The notes: generated by a model from the letters alone, not told the origin. Counted from the stretch's first letter, positions 28,590-38,812 are shown. The stretch: 64,000 bases of DNA from Patescibacteria group bacterium AH-259-L05 (GCA_027717985.1 JALLOO010000002.1:7257-71256); one strand, 5' to 3'. Program-made: numbers and translations.

Positions 28590-28710
28590 TTGACAAAAAT
28601 TATACATAATACATACTACAATTAGTCACGGCGTATGGGGAGCGCTGTGAAAAGGAGGCAATATCGCTCCTTGCAAAAGCAGAATCCCCAACAGAAAGGA
28701 GGAGTTTGTT
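28590..28710 (+). promoter_or_regulatory. Promoter and structured 5' leader with possible pseudoknot
   Basis: TTGACA-16-CATACT; stem 28626-28650 whose loop TGGGGA is complementary to TCCCCA at 28685-28690; SD AGGAGG. Confidence 0.55.
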
Positions 28711-29433
28711 ATGACGACAAAAAACAAAAAGTTTGTTGTCACCGACAAACAAAAAGCTACGCTTCTAGATAGAAATACAGTGTTTCTAGAGCGTTGTCGA
28801 CGAGGAATACTTAACCCTGACCATGCTTTAGAAGGTCTCCAAATGCTCAATGACGGAAAAAGGCTTAAAGAATTCACCATAACTGACCTTATTGAAGAAT
28901 GGGAGCAATTCTACAATGATATCTTCAACATCTATATAACGTTCACTGGTTATATTCTCCCTGCAACACGAAAAGGATTTAACCGCCCGCTTATTATGGC
29001 CCAAAGCATAACTGCAAGTAAATTGGTTGCTAAGTGTGAAGAATTATTTAGCTGCAAAAAATGGACCAATGATGACTTTGATAAAATTGTTGTTTCCGAC
29101 CGTACTGCTCAAGATGCCTCTTATGGTATTTGGATTCGCGACCGCCAAATAGCAGATACAGAACTCACAGGATATAGCTGTAATTATCTTACAAGACTAT
29201 CCACTCTCGGCATAACTCTAGAAGAACGGCTACTATACGAATTAAAATATTTTACTGAAACAAAAGAACATCTAGATATAGGCAGACGCACCCTTTGCAG
29301 TGGTTCAATATATGAGAGCATATTGACTGTCCCTACAGTTTATTGCAAAAATAATATTTTACACATTAGTAAAGGCCATCTTCCTTCTATTCCTCGACAA
29401 GATACTTCGGCTCGTGAAGTAATTGCCAAGTAA
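28711..29433 (+). CDS. Hypothetical protein
   Basis: 240-aa ORF with strong SD and its own terminator. Confidence 0.8.
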   Translation: MTTKNKKFVVTDKQKATLLDRNTVFLERCRRGILNPDHALEGLQMLNDGKRLKEFTITDLIEEWEQFYNDIFNIYITFTGYILPATRKGFNRPLIMAQSITASKLVAKCEELFSCKKWTNDDFDKIVVSDRTAQDASYGIWIRDRQIADTELTGYSCNYLTRLSTLGITLEERLLYELKYFTETKEHLDIGRRTLCSGSIYESILTVPTVYCKNNILHISKGHLPSIPRQDTSAREVIAK

Positions 29434-29445
29434 AGACAGATAATG

Positions 29446-29478
29446 CCCTCGCATCATGCGAGGGTTTTTCTTTTTTTT
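29446..29478 (+). terminator. Intrinsic terminator
   Basis: CCCTCGCA-tca-TGCGAGGG followed by a T tract. Confidence 0.75.
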
Positions 29479-29518
29479 ATCTTGTAATTTATAAAATCAA
29501 TGATACAATTAAATCTGT

Positions 29519-32500
29519 ATGTCAAAACATAAATCAAAATCACAATGGCGGTCTAAAAAAATTAGTTCGCCAAAAAAATCAAAATTCACCAAGAAAAAGT
29601 TATCTCCGGCGGAGCAAAGTCTTCAAAAAGCAAAAAAAACCACCGCACCAAAACGAAAAATAAAACGAGCTAAACCCCAACCCCGTACCAAAACAAGTTC
29701 GGTACGGGGCAAGAAAACAAATCTGGTGAAAAAGCTTTTTATTTTTATTATTTTTCTCGTCCTTGTCTTTGGTGCAATCGGGAGCATCAGTCTATTTTTG
29801 CTTACCAAAAGCCTGCCGCATCCAGAAAAATTAATAGAGCGAAGTATTGCCCAAAGTACGAAAATATATGCCCGAGATGAAAAAACACTGTTATATGAAA
29901 TATTTTCTGAACAAAGGCGAACCGTAGTTGATCTGGAAAAAATTCCTCAGCATCTTGTCTATGCCACTATTGTTTCAGAAGACAGAGATTTTTTTACTCA
30001 TCCAGGATTTGATATTTCTGGGATTGCGCGCGCCATTCTCGTTGATATTCTTCGCGGAGGTAAAGTTCAAGGTGGCTCAACCCTCACCCAGCAGTTTATA
30101 AAAAATGCCTTTTTAACGCGAAAAAAAACATACACCAGAAAAATCAAAGAACTGCTCATGGCATATCAAGTTGAAAAAAAATTTAGCAAACTTGAAATAC
30201 TTCAGATGTACTTTAATGAAATTCCCTACGGATCAAATGCATATGGCGCTGAAGCAGCGAGTCAAATCTATTTTTCAAAATCAGTACGCGACCTAACGTT
30301 AGATGAAACAACGCTCTTAGCTGCGCTTCCGAAAGCGCCTACCTATTACTCTCCCTATGGTCAACACACTGAAGAACTACTTTTTCGCCAACACTTTATT
30401 TTAGATGTTATGACTGAAGAAGGATATATTACCTCTTCGCAGGCTTTGCAGGCTAAAAGCATTAATACGTTAGAAAAAATTACGTCACGTCGTGAAAATA
30501 TTCGCGCTCCTCACTTTGTCTTCTACGTGAGAGAATTATTAACTGAAAAATACGGTGATCGTCTTGTAGAACAGGGCGGGCTCAAGGTTATTACCACACT
30601 TGACTTTGACAAACAAACAATTGCAGAACAAGCAATTGAAAAATATGCAGAGCGTAATGAAGAAATATTTGATGCTACAAATGCGGCATTAGTTGCCATT
30701 GATGTAGATACCGGACAAATTCTTGCTATGGTAGGATCAAAAGATTTTTTTAACGAAGAAATTGATGGCCAAGTAAATGTAGTAACACGAGAACGTCAAC
30801 CAGGATCATCCTTTAAACCAATTGTCTATGCGACCGCATTTGAAAAAGGCTATACCCCTAATACAATTATATTTGATGCAGAAACAAGTTTTGGCCCTAA
30901 AACACCTGAACCAGATGCCCAAGATTATATCCCGCGAAACTATGATGAAAAATTCAGGGGTCCGGTTAGTATGCGAAAAGCATTAGCAGGATCATTAAAT
31001 ATCCCAGGTGTAAAAACAATGTATTTAGCAGGGGTTAATAACGTTTTAAACACGGCGGAACGTATGGGCTACACTACCTTAGAAGACAGAGAACAATACG
31101 GTCTCTCGCTTGTTTTAGGAGGGGGAGAGATAAAACTATTAGAACATGTAGCAGCTTTTGCTATTTTTGCCCGTGAAGGTGTTAAAATCCCTACAACGAG
31201 TATTTTAAAAGTGGAAGATAACAAAGGTAATATTTTAGAAGAATTACCTAAAAAACCCAAACTTCCTCAAACAGTATTTGATCCGCAAATCGCCCGGCTC
31301 ATCAATGACATCTTATCTGATAATCAATCACGGGCGTTTATGTTTGGCTATCAAAACTTTTTAACACTCCCTAATCGGCCTGTTGCCGCAAAAACAGGTA
31401 CTACCAATGACTTTCGTGACGCGTGGACTGTTGGCTTTACGCCAAATCTTGCAGCTGGTGTATGGGTGGGGAATAACAACAATGATGTAATGGGTGAAAA
31501 AGCTGATGGTTCAACGGTTGCCGCGCCCATTTGGAATGAATTTATGAAGCGTGCCTTAGAAAATACCTCTCCTCAACCATTTACTCCTCCTGAAACAATC
31601 TACGTAGACAAGCCAATATTAAACGGGGAAATCCCTGGGAAAATTACGCTCAAAATTGACACGGCATCAAAAAAATTAGCAACTGAGCTCACGCCTGACT
31701 CACAAATAATAGAAAAAACCTTTGTAAGCTTTTATCCTATTCTCTACTACATAGATAAAAATAACCCGCAAGGACCGCTCCCCTCAAACCCAAAAGCTGA
31801 TTATCAATATGAATTCTGGGAAGAGGGAATTACCAACTGGCTTACTGCCGTATCTGAATTACTTGCCTCACCAGCTTCTCCCTCTGTCATCCTGCCACTT
31901 CAGGATGACAAAGAGGAGGGACAGGATGACAAAGAGGAGGGACAGGATGACAAAGAGAGCGTCATCCCGAGCGAAGACGGGGAAGGCCCCAAAGTTGTTA
32001 TTTCTGATTTTATATTTGACCTTGCGCTTGAAGGACTTGAAATACCACCAACTGAATATGATGATGTCCATATTCCAGCAAATGAACCGTATATAAAAAT
32101 TCTTTCTCCTTCAAATAATACAATCATTAATGAAAATGTTATTCGGATAAAGGTAGAAGCATCAGCGCCGCGTGGACTTAAAAAAATAACATGTTCTATT
32201 GATGATGCACCGCTTGATAGTATTGTGGTAAACAGCCCAAATATTCAGTCATACACCTGTGTCCTTGGCCTTAGCGGGATCTCTTCGGGAAAGCATACTA
32301 TTAAAGCAACCGCGCTTGATGATGTTGGTAACAACAATACCGACGCTATTCAAATAATTACCGCTCAAGGATTTGAAAGGACATTTGAATGGCTTTCACC
32401 AAAAAATAATGATGTGGTATATCAAGGTAATTTTCCACTCACACTCTCAGTTCTCACTCCGCCGACTAAAATCAATACGATAAAGTTTTTCGCACAAAAT

Positions 32501-32674
32501 CAAAACACGTATCAGCTTTCACTTATCAGCACTATATTTAATCCTGAAACTGTTGGTGTCATTGAAACGCCTTGGAATTTAGCTGACAAAGGAATGTATG
32601 AACTATGGGCAGAAATGACTGATATTGATGGCCAAACACAGACCAGCAACAAAATCCAAATTGAAATTGAATAA
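29519..32674 (+). CDS. Class A penicillin-binding protein (PBP1A family) with C-terminal Ig-like domains
   Basis: EDRDF..H.G, GGSTLTQQ, RKIKE, SSFK, SLN, KTGT. Confidence 0.93.
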   Translation: MSKHKSKSQWRSKKISSPKKSKFTKKKLSPAEQSLQKAKKTTAPKRKIKRAKPQPRTKTSSVRGKKTNLVKKLFIFIIFLVLVFGAIGSISLFLLTKSLPHPEKLIERSIAQSTKIYARDEKTLLYEIFSEQRRTVVDLEKIPQHLVYATIVSEDRDFFTHPGFDISGIARAILVDILRGGKVQGGSTLTQQFIKNAFLTRKKTYTRKIKELLMAYQVEKKFSKLEILQMYFNEIPYGSNAYGAEAASQIYFSKSVRDLTLDETTLLAALPKAPTYYSPYGQHTEELLFRQHFILDVMTEEGYITSSQALQAKSINTLEKITSRRENIRAPHFVFYVRELLTEKYGDRLVEQGGLKVITTLDFDKQTIAEQAIEKYAERNEEIFDATNAALVAIDVDTGQILAMVGSKDFFNEEIDGQVNVVTRERQPGSSFKPIVYATAFEKGYTPNTIIFDAETSFGPKTPEPDAQDYIPRNYDEKFRGPVSMRKALAGSLNIPGVKTMYLAGVNNVLNTAERMGYTTLEDREQYGLSLVLGGGEIKLLEHVAAFAIFAREGVKIPTTSILKVEDNKGNILEELPKKPKLPQTVFDPQIARLINDILSDNQSRAFMFGYQNFLTLPNRPVAAKTGTTNDFRDAWTVGFTPNLAAGVWVGNNNNDVMGEKADGSTVAAPIWNEFMKRALENTSPQPFTPPETIYVDKPILNGEIPGKITLKIDTASKKLATELTPDSQIIEKTFVSFYPILYYIDKNNPQGPLPSNPKADYQYEFWEEGITNWLTAVSELLASPASPSVILPLQDDKEEGQDDKEEGQDDKESVIPSEDGEGPKVVISDFIFDLALEGLEIPPTEYDDVHIPANEPYIKILSPSNNTIINENVIRIKVEASAPRGLKKITCSIDDAPLDSIVVNSPNIQSYTCVLGLSGISSGKHTIKATALDDVGNNNTDAIQIITAQGFERTFEWLSPKNNDVVYQGNFPLTLSVLTPPTKINTIKFFAQNQNTYQLSLISTIFNPETVGVIETPWNLADKGMYELWAEMTDIDGQTQTSNKIQIEIE
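31885..31983 (+). repeat. Family A-derived in-frame insertion with 21-bp tandem repeats in the PBP
   Basis: TGTCATCCTG-ccactt-CAGGATGACA, then CAGGATGACAAAGAGGAGGGA repeats encoding QDDKEEG. Confidence 0.8.
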
Positions 32675-32755
32675 ACTTCGAAACGTAGTATTGAAATCAA
32701 AAATCAGAGCTCTCAAGCTCTGATTTTTTAACTTCTTTAGCCAATTCTCCAACCT

Positions 32756-33019
32756 TTAAATAGCAGAAACCAATGCCCCTATATCTCTTAAGATTAGATT
32801 CCATAACACAAGCTTCTCATCCTCAGTAAGCTCGTCAATCTCAACTATATCTCTTATAGTCTTGAAATAATTTCTATCATCTTCAGGAACTTCCTCATAT
32901 TGTATAGAATCTATAACCGCTTTCTCTCTCCAAGATAACCTCGTGTCTCTATCATCATTTAAAAGCTGCTTCCATTTCTCTAGGCGTTCTTCTATTACTT
33001 CCTTTCGAATCTCTGTCAT
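32756..33019 (-). CDS. Hypothetical protein
   Basis: SD AAGGAGG, boxA-like TTCTTTAACA, TTGACA promoter. Confidence 0.75.
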   Translation of the reverse strand: MTEIRKEVIEERLEKWKQLLNDDRDTRLSWREKAVIDSIQYEEVPEDDRNYFKTIRDIVEIDELTEDEKLVLWNLILRDIGALVSAI

Positions 33020-33122
33020 TATAGACCTCCTTTTTTATGTTAAAGAAATAACCACTTATAGTATAGAAAATCTTAAAAAACGTGTCAAGACTCGAAAGCT
33101 AAATGTCGAAAGCTAAAAGGGC

Positions 33123-33647
33123 TCATGAGCCCTTTTTTGACATATATTGTTTTTGAAGTTCGTGAAATTTCTCTAACGAATACGTATCATGCGTTCTTGG
33201 ATCTTCAGAATCAAATAGTGTGTTGGCAATGACCAACAAGCCGCTTCCCTCTTCTAATACTTCATACGTGTGGAGAATAAAAGACGGCACAAACACACCG
33301 TTCTCTGGCGTAATAATAAACTCTGCTCCTCCGCCAAAAAGATCTACACACCCCCACCGTACTGATCCCTCAAGCACAAAAACCATTTCTTTACGAATCC
33401 GATGAAATTCATTTCCGCCAAGTTCACCTTCAGACAAATTCCGAACAGTATAGCTTCTTAATCCACGAATGTCTCCAGGAATTCGTGCCAATTCTTTATC
33501 ATCATACTCAAAGTACGCATCTATATCAACATACGCAAGAGCATAAAGAACCATTAGCTCACCATTTGATTTTGTTTTCCACGGACCACGCGCCTTGATT
33601 ACTTTAACATCATCTACTGCAGCTGGATCTTTGCTTGGCTTTTCCAC
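33123..33647 (-). CDS. Cupin, WxcM/FdtA-like (sugar 3,4-ketoisomerase-like)
   Basis: G..FH..RKE..FVLEGS, VPS...HTY, LLVIANT; GTG start with SD AGGAGG. Confidence 0.7.
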   Translation of the reverse strand: MEKPSKDPAAVDDVKVIKARGPWKTKSNGELMVLYALAYVDIDAYFEYDDKELARIPGDIRGLRSYTVRNLSEGELGGNEFHRIRKEMVFVLEGSVRWGCVDLFGGGAEFIITPENGVFVPSFILHTYEVLEEGSGLLVIANTLFDSEDPRTHDTYSLEKFHELQKQYMSKKGS

Positions 33648-33736
33648 TCTTCTTTCCTCCTTTTCAAGGTTCTAAACTAAAACAGCATATCATTATGCTG
33701 TTATTATTTATATTTTAACATAAAAATTTATTTCTG

Positions 33737-34633
33737 TCAATCCTCTTTCTCAACCACAATCATTATTTTTTTTCCCTTGAGTACCTCTTGCGCTCGTTCG
33801 TCTTTGCTTAGTCCTGTTTTCTCGCCTAAAGCAAACGGCCAGTCATGGATTGATTCAAAAAATTTATCATATGAATATGAAAAATCTGCACCGCGTTGTG
33901 CACCTGGATCATTGGTAATAATATTATTCTCATCATATCCTTTAACCACTACGGTATGATACGGCGGTCCTGGTGACTTATAATAGGGATTGTTTAACAA
34001 CCTTCCTGCCATGGGTGTAATTACTAAATTTCCGTTGCTTAACTGATACTTTATATCATCAATAGAATTAACACTTGAATAATATATTTTTTCAATATTA
34101 AAATACCGACGCGCTAAATCAACAATGTCTAAAACTTGCAAATCATAATGGCCGCCAAAATTTTCTTCCTGCCATGCTACTACATCTAAAATCTCTTGTT
34201 CAGCTGTTTCTTTGTTGAGCTCAAAATTGTCTAACCAATATTTTGCCATAATAAGCACTGCTTCCTCGTATGCTTCATTGTGTAAATCGTCCCAGTTTGC
34301 ATATGGCGCCTGCACGGTAAACGGCACTACTAAATTAACTCCTGGCTTAATTTGCTTTAAAATCTCAACTGAAGTTTCAACCATACTCTCTCCTTTATTC
34401 TCTTCCTCTTGTTCTGTTATAGACTCTTCAATTGTAGAAGTTCGTTCTTCTGTACTCTTAATAGTTGCCCTAATTTGTTCTCCGCCCAGCTCTTTGTTTA
34501 GCGAGGGATCTGTCGATGGTGCAGAGAATTGTTGTGGAGCAAATATCGCAAAATCAAAAACAAAAATCACAACTAAAGCTATAAATCCAATAATTATTTT
34601 TTGAATAATCTTTTTAGCTTTTCTTGATAACAT
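33737..34633 (-). CDS. Membrane-anchored C39-like peptidase homolog (catalytic Cys apparently replaced by Tyr)
   Basis: VPFTVQAP..W...EAYEEA, YH.VVVKGYD, TNDPG. Confidence 0.8.
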   Translation of the reverse strand: MLSRKAKKIIQKIIIGFIALVVIFVFDFAIFAPQQFSAPSTDPSLNKELGGEQIRATIKSTEERTSTIEESITEQEEENKGESMVETSVEILKQIKPGVNLVVPFTVQAPYANWDDLHNEAYEEAVLIMAKYWLDNFELNKETAEQEILDVVAWQEENFGGHYDLQVLDIVDLARRYFNIEKIYYSSVNSIDDIKYQLSNGNLVITPMAGRLLNNPYYKSPGPPYHTVVVKGYDENNIITNDPGAQRGADFSYSYDKFFESIHDWPFALGEKTGLSKDERAQEVLKGKKIMIVVEKED

Positions 34634-34700
34634 ATACTGACTTCTAAAATTTTACAAATTTATCTTTAACAAAGGAACGCCAATAATCTGGATAATTTTT

Positions 34701-35717
34701 TTACTTTTCTCTCTTAACATATTTATAATTTTCTATAAAACCCCTCCCTACTAAAGGCCGCCACCAATTCTCGTTTTTTACATACCAATCAACTACTTGG
34801 TCTAGGCCATTTTCAAAATCAATCTCAGACTCCCAACCTAGTTCCTTTCGAATTTTTGTAGTATCTAAAAGGTAACGACGATCATGCCCGGGCCTATCTT
34901 CAATATATGTTTTTAATGACTCAGGCTTATTAAGTCTTTTTAATACAGCTTGAGCAACTTCTTCTATACTTTTTTCTACACCACTGCCGATATTATAAGC
35001 TTGGCCGATTCTCCCTTTTCTTATAATCAAATCTATGCCCCTGCAATGATCTTGTGTATGAAGCCACTCTCTTTTATTATGACTACTTTTGAATAATGGT
35101 AATTTTTGATCCTGGATGGCATTAGTAATAAAACGGGGAATAACCTTCTCAAGAAGCTGGTAAGCCCCGTAATTATTTGAACAATGGCTAATAGTTACTG
35201 GTAGTTTAAAGGTATGAAAATAAGCCATTACTTCATGGTTAGCCGCGGCTTTTGAAGCATTATAGGGTGTTTTAGGCATATAAGGATCGCTTTCTTTAAA
35301 GGCTTTATTTTCATCTAAGGCCATATCACCAAAAACCTCACAGGTTGAAATATGATGAAACCTTTTTATCCCTGCATCCTTTGCTGCCTCTAAAAGCATT
35401 TGGGTTCCTAAAACATTGGTTTTAACAAAAATATCTGGCTCAATCATGGCCCGACCATTATGTGATTCAGCAGCAAAATTAACTATTACATCTACCCTTT
35501 CTCTTTGAAGCAATTTTCTGTTCCTCTTCAAATCTCCAATATCACCTTTAACAAATTTATAATTAGAATTGTCGGCAATGTCTTTTAGACTTTCTAAAAC
35601 CCCAGCGTATGTCAAAAGATCCAGATTAATAATCTGATCATCTGGATATTTCTCCAGCCAATAGTGAATAAAATTAGATCCAATAAATCCTGCCCCCCCG
35701 GTAACTAATAACTTCAT
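34701..35717 (-). CDS. rfbB: dTDP-glucose 4,6-dehydratase
   Basis: TGGAGFIGSNF, NFAAESH, YNASK, SNNYG, DRPGHDRRY. Confidence 0.93.
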   Translation of the reverse strand: MKLLVTGGAGFIGSNFIHYWLEKYPDDQIINLDLLTYAGVLESLKDIADNSNYKFVKGDIGDLKRNRKLLQRERVDVIVNFAAESHNGRAMIEPDIFVKTNVLGTQMLLEAAKDAGIKRFHHISTCEVFGDMALDENKAFKESDPYMPKTPYNASKAAANHEVMAYFHTFKLPVTISHCSNNYGAYQLLEKVIPRFITNAIQDQKLPLFKSSHNKREWLHTQDHCRGIDLIIRKGRIGQAYNIGSGVEKSIEEVAQAVLKRLNKPESLKTYIEDRPGHDRRYLLDTTKIRKELGWESEIDFENGLDQVVDWYVKNENWWRPLVGRGFIENYKYVKREK

Positions 35718-35723
35718 ACAATT

Positions 35724-36194
35724 TTATTTAAATATCCAAAATTTTTGAACACTAAAACGAAAAAACATTACCATAACGGCAGCAATCGCCTTAGCTATAA
35801 TATCATATATATGTGCTGATTCGACAAAAAATGCAAGAAGTGCCTGATAAAACACCATTCCTCCTATTCCGCCAACAATCCAAAATTGCAAATACTGAGA
35901 CGCAATCTTGCCACCACGATAATTAAATACCCAATGTTTATTTAATACAAAGCCTCCGATAGCACCAACTGACATAGCAATAAAATTCGCCCATAAATAG
36001 TGTGTTTGCCAAAATAAAAAAATACGCGTAAAAAAAATATAAATACCAAAGTCAACAACAGCAAAAAGAGTTCCTGAAATAGCAAATCGGGTAAGCTGAC
36101 GCAGATATTGACGTTTTCGAAAAATAGGCAAGACACGCAAAATTCTGTCAGTCCAATGAAATGGCTTTTTAATGCTTAGAATAAATTTTCTCAT
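35724..36194 (-). CDS. GtrA-family membrane protein
   Basis: RF...G....VD, F.LNK.WVF, K.WIF. Confidence 0.88.
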   Translation of the reverse strand: MRKFILSIKKPFHWTDRILRVLPIFRKRQYLRQLTRFAISGTLFAVVDFGIYIFFTRIFLFWQTHYLWANFIAMSVGAIGGFVLNKHWVFNYRGGKIASQYLQFWIVGGIGGMVFYQALLAFFVESAHIYDIIAKAIAAVMVMFFRFSVQKFWIFK

Positions 36195-37225
36195 TACTTC
36201 AAATACTTTGCCTTATTATAATTATGCTCCTTAATGGTAAGCGAGAAAATATTAATTCCATCAGGGGTCACTAAAAAACAACAATAATCATTTTCAATAG
36301 GATCAACCGTTGCTGAAATCGCAGAAAAGGATGGATTATTAATGGGTCCTGGCGGCAAGCCAGGATGAAGATACGTATTATACGGAGAAGGGGTCCGTGT
36401 ATCTTCAAATGTTGGCTGAAGTTTTGACGTGTTTAAAATATAGTTAACCGTTGCATCTGACTGCAATGCCCAATTAATTGATAACCTGCTCCAGAAAACA
36501 TCAGCAATTAATCGGCGATCTTGGTCTAAATCTGCTTCTTTTTCAACAATGGATGCAAGGGTAATCACCTCATGAATTGATTTATCTAATCCTTTAACTT
36601 TTGCACGGATGTCAGTATTCAACTTCTCGTCAAATGTTTTTACCATTTTTCTAATAACCGCTTCTGCGCTTGTTTCTTGGTAAAAGCGGTACGTGTCTGG
36701 GAACAAATATCCTTGAAATCGCGCTTCATCAATAGGGACATTTAACACTTCATCAGATAAAAATTCATAGGTATTGATAAACTCCTGATCTTGGCTTAAT
36801 TCATCTAATGCAGTAAAAAAATCGTCTTGTGCTACTATGTCATTCTCTTCTAATACTTGTGCAATCTCTGAATTTGTCAGTCCTTCAACAATGGTGACAC
36901 TCGTTTCTGGCGCTAACGGCCTGCTCGTCAAAAACCCAACCAATTCTTTAAAACTTATCTCTCTAGGAAGACGATACTCACCTGGCAAAAACTTAGTCCG
37001 CGCATTACTTAAAAATGAATACAATTGAAACAATTTACTATTTTTAACAAATCCTTCTTGTTCTAATCTCTCACTAATTTCTTTTACTCCTTGTCCTTTT
37101 TCAATAGAAAAAAGAATTTCGCGTTCTTTCCCTTCACCACCGCCACTGTCCTGAAATGAAAAATACAAAAAAATGATAATTAAAGCAAATATAATATAAC
37201 CGAGCCATATTCCTTTTTTCTTCAT
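36194..37225 (-). CDS. mltG: Endolytic transglycosylase
   Basis: GYLFPDTY, LASIVEKE, LQSDAT, SPYNTY...GLPPGPI. Confidence 0.95.
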   Translation of the reverse strand: MKKKGIWLGYIIFALIIIFLYFSFQDSGGGEGKEREILFSIEKGQGVKEISERLEQEGFVKNSKLFQLYSFLSNARTKFLPGEYRLPREISFKELVGFLTSRPLAPETSVTIVEGLTNSEIAQVLEENDIVAQDDFFTALDELSQDQEFINTYEFLSDEVLNVPIDEARFQGYLFPDTYRFYQETSAEAVIRKMVKTFDEKLNTDIRAKVKGLDKSIHEVITLASIVEKEADLDQDRRLIADVFWSRLSINWALQSDATVNYILNTSKLQPTFEDTRTPSPYNTYLHPGLPPGPINNPSFSAISATVDPIENDYCCFLVTPDGINIFSLTIKEHNYNKAKYLK

Positions 37226-37229
37226 TTTT

Positions 37230-37364
37230 TTAGTTAAATTTCTTGTATAGTTGTTTGATTAATTTTTGTTGCTCTTCTATATCTAAAACCTCTCGCCGAA
37301 TACGAGCCTTTTGAGTACGAATGTACTTTCGAATTCCCTTTGATAACCGTTTTGTTTTAGACAT
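37230..37364 (-). CDS. Small basic protein, 44 aa (MSKTKRLSKGIRKYIRTQKARIRREVLDIEEQQKLIKQLYKKFN)
   Basis: Open frame ending 4 nt before the mltG start; R/K-rich and helical; resembles a small protein I recall from Parcubacteria (unverified). Confidence 0.7.
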   Translation of the reverse strand: MSKTKRLSKGIRKYIRTQKARIRREVLDIEEQQKLIKQLYKKFN

Positions 37365-37392
37365 AGTATACTTCTCATTTCTGTATTATTAC

Positions 37393-37466
37393 TTAAAGTC
37401 TGGATAAAGATATCATTCCTTTCAGACTTCAAGGTTCTTCCGAACGAAGTGAGGAATGATTCTTAT
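37393..37466 (-). repeat. Family B repeat
   Basis: Reverse complement matches the 11197-11272 and 45770-45830 copies. Confidence 0.75.
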
Positions 37467-37552
37467 TTATTTTAACAAGAATAACATATAATACAAGATG
37501 AGATACATGAGTAACACTTTCTTTTTTTAACTAGAAACAATATACTTAAAAT

Positions 37553-38614
37553 ATGAGCTTCTCAATAGGTATCATTGGCCTGCCTAATGTGGGTAAATCA
37601 ACACTATTTAAAGCGCTTACTAAAAAAAGTGTTGATATTTCTAATTATCCGTTTTGCACGATTGATCCCAATATAGGAAATGTAAAAATTCCAGACAGAC
37701 GATTAGATAAATTAGCAGATGTATTGAATCCAAAGCAAGTGCTTCCTACCTATGTTGAATTTGTTGATATTGCAGGATTAGTAAAAGGAGCACATAAGGG
37801 CGAGGGGTTGGGCAATCAATTTTTGTCCCACATCCGCGAGGTAGACGCGCTCGTTGAAATTATTCGATCTTTTTCTGACCCTGATGTTTCTCATGTAAGT
37901 GGAAAAATAGACCCGCATAGTGACAAAGAAACAATTAAACTTGAATTAATTTTTGCTGACCTCAAAACCATAGAAAAAAATTTAGAAAAAACTAGTAAAT
38001 ATGCAAAAATAGGAGATAAAAAAGCAACAAAAATAATTATTATCTTAGAAAAACTAAAATCAGGATTAGACCATGCAAAACCTGTTTCTAAAATAGAACT
38101 AGTATCAGAAGAAAAATCTTTACTATCTTATCTTAACCTTTTAACGGCAAAACCAATTATATATGTTATTAATATTGACGAAAATGTTTTAAGTAACCAG
38201 CAACCAACAACCAGTAACCAAATCTTTTTATGTGCTAAGCTCGAGGCAGAGTTAGTTGATTTATCTTCTCAAGAAGCAAAAGAATATTTACAAGAATACA
38301 ATATAAAAACATCAGCGCTTGATACACTTATCACCGCTGCATATAACATACTTAATTTAATTACGTTTATAACTTTTCAAAATCAAATTCTTCAAGCATG
38401 GACAATTCCATCAGGATCTACCGCGCTCAATGCAGCTGAAAAAATTCACACTGATATGGCCCAGGGTTTTATCAAGGCTGAAATAATTAACTGGCAGGAT
38501 TTAGTAAAATACAAATCTGAACAAAAGGCCCGCGAAGCAGGCCTTATGCGAACTGAAGGGAAAGAATATATCATTCATGATGGTGACGTGATTCACTTCA
38601 AGTTCAAAGCTTAA
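37553..38614 (+). CDS. ychF: Redox-regulated ATPase YchF
   Basis: GLPNVGKSTLF, YPFCTIDPN, DIAGLV.GA..GEGLGNQFL, EGKEY...DGD. Confidence 0.96.
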   Translation: MSFSIGIIGLPNVGKSTLFKALTKKSVDISNYPFCTIDPNIGNVKIPDRRLDKLADVLNPKQVLPTYVEFVDIAGLVKGAHKGEGLGNQFLSHIREVDALVEIIRSFSDPDVSHVSGKIDPHSDKETIKLELIFADLKTIEKNLEKTSKYAKIGDKKATKIIIILEKLKSGLDHAKPVSKIELVSEEKSLLSYLNLLTAKPIIYVINIDENVLSNQQPTTSNQIFLCAKLEAELVDLSSQEAKEYLQEYNIKTSALDTLITAAYNILNLITFITFQNQILQAWTIPSGSTALNAAEKIHTDMAQGFIKAEIINWQDLVKYKSEQKAREAGLMRTEGKEYIIHDGDVIHFKFKA

Positions 38615-38705
38615 TTAAATTCGTCATTCGTCATCCCACACCCCATTCGTCACCTCGCAACTTTTAGCTGCAGGGTGGCACTTTTTCTTGTCATCCAGCT
38701 TCGCG

Positions 38706-38812
38706 GGATGATAAAGTGATGGGATGACAAAGGAATAGGATGACAAAGTGATGGGATGACAAAGGAATAGGATGACAAAGTGATGGGATGACAAAGGAAT
38801 AGGATGACAAAG
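38706..38812 (+). repeat. Tandem array of 7 x GGATGA(C/T)AAAG at 16-bp period (alternating 32-bp unit)
   Basis: GGATGACAAAGGAATA and GGATGACAAAGTGATG alternate; preceded by TGTCATCC. Confidence 0.9.

Noticed and set aside
28635-28650. SAH or ZTP riboswitch (GGGGAGCGCUG resemblance)
   Set aside because: The other required conserved segments and the expected downstream gene context are missing
28312-28880. ORFs 28312-28506 (+) and 28626-28880 (-)
   Set aside because: Antisense to better-supported genes that have SD and promoter
38706-38812. Possible CRISPR array
   Set aside because: Repeats are 11 bp with 5-nt alternating, non-unique spacers and there are no cas genes; it is a tandem repeat
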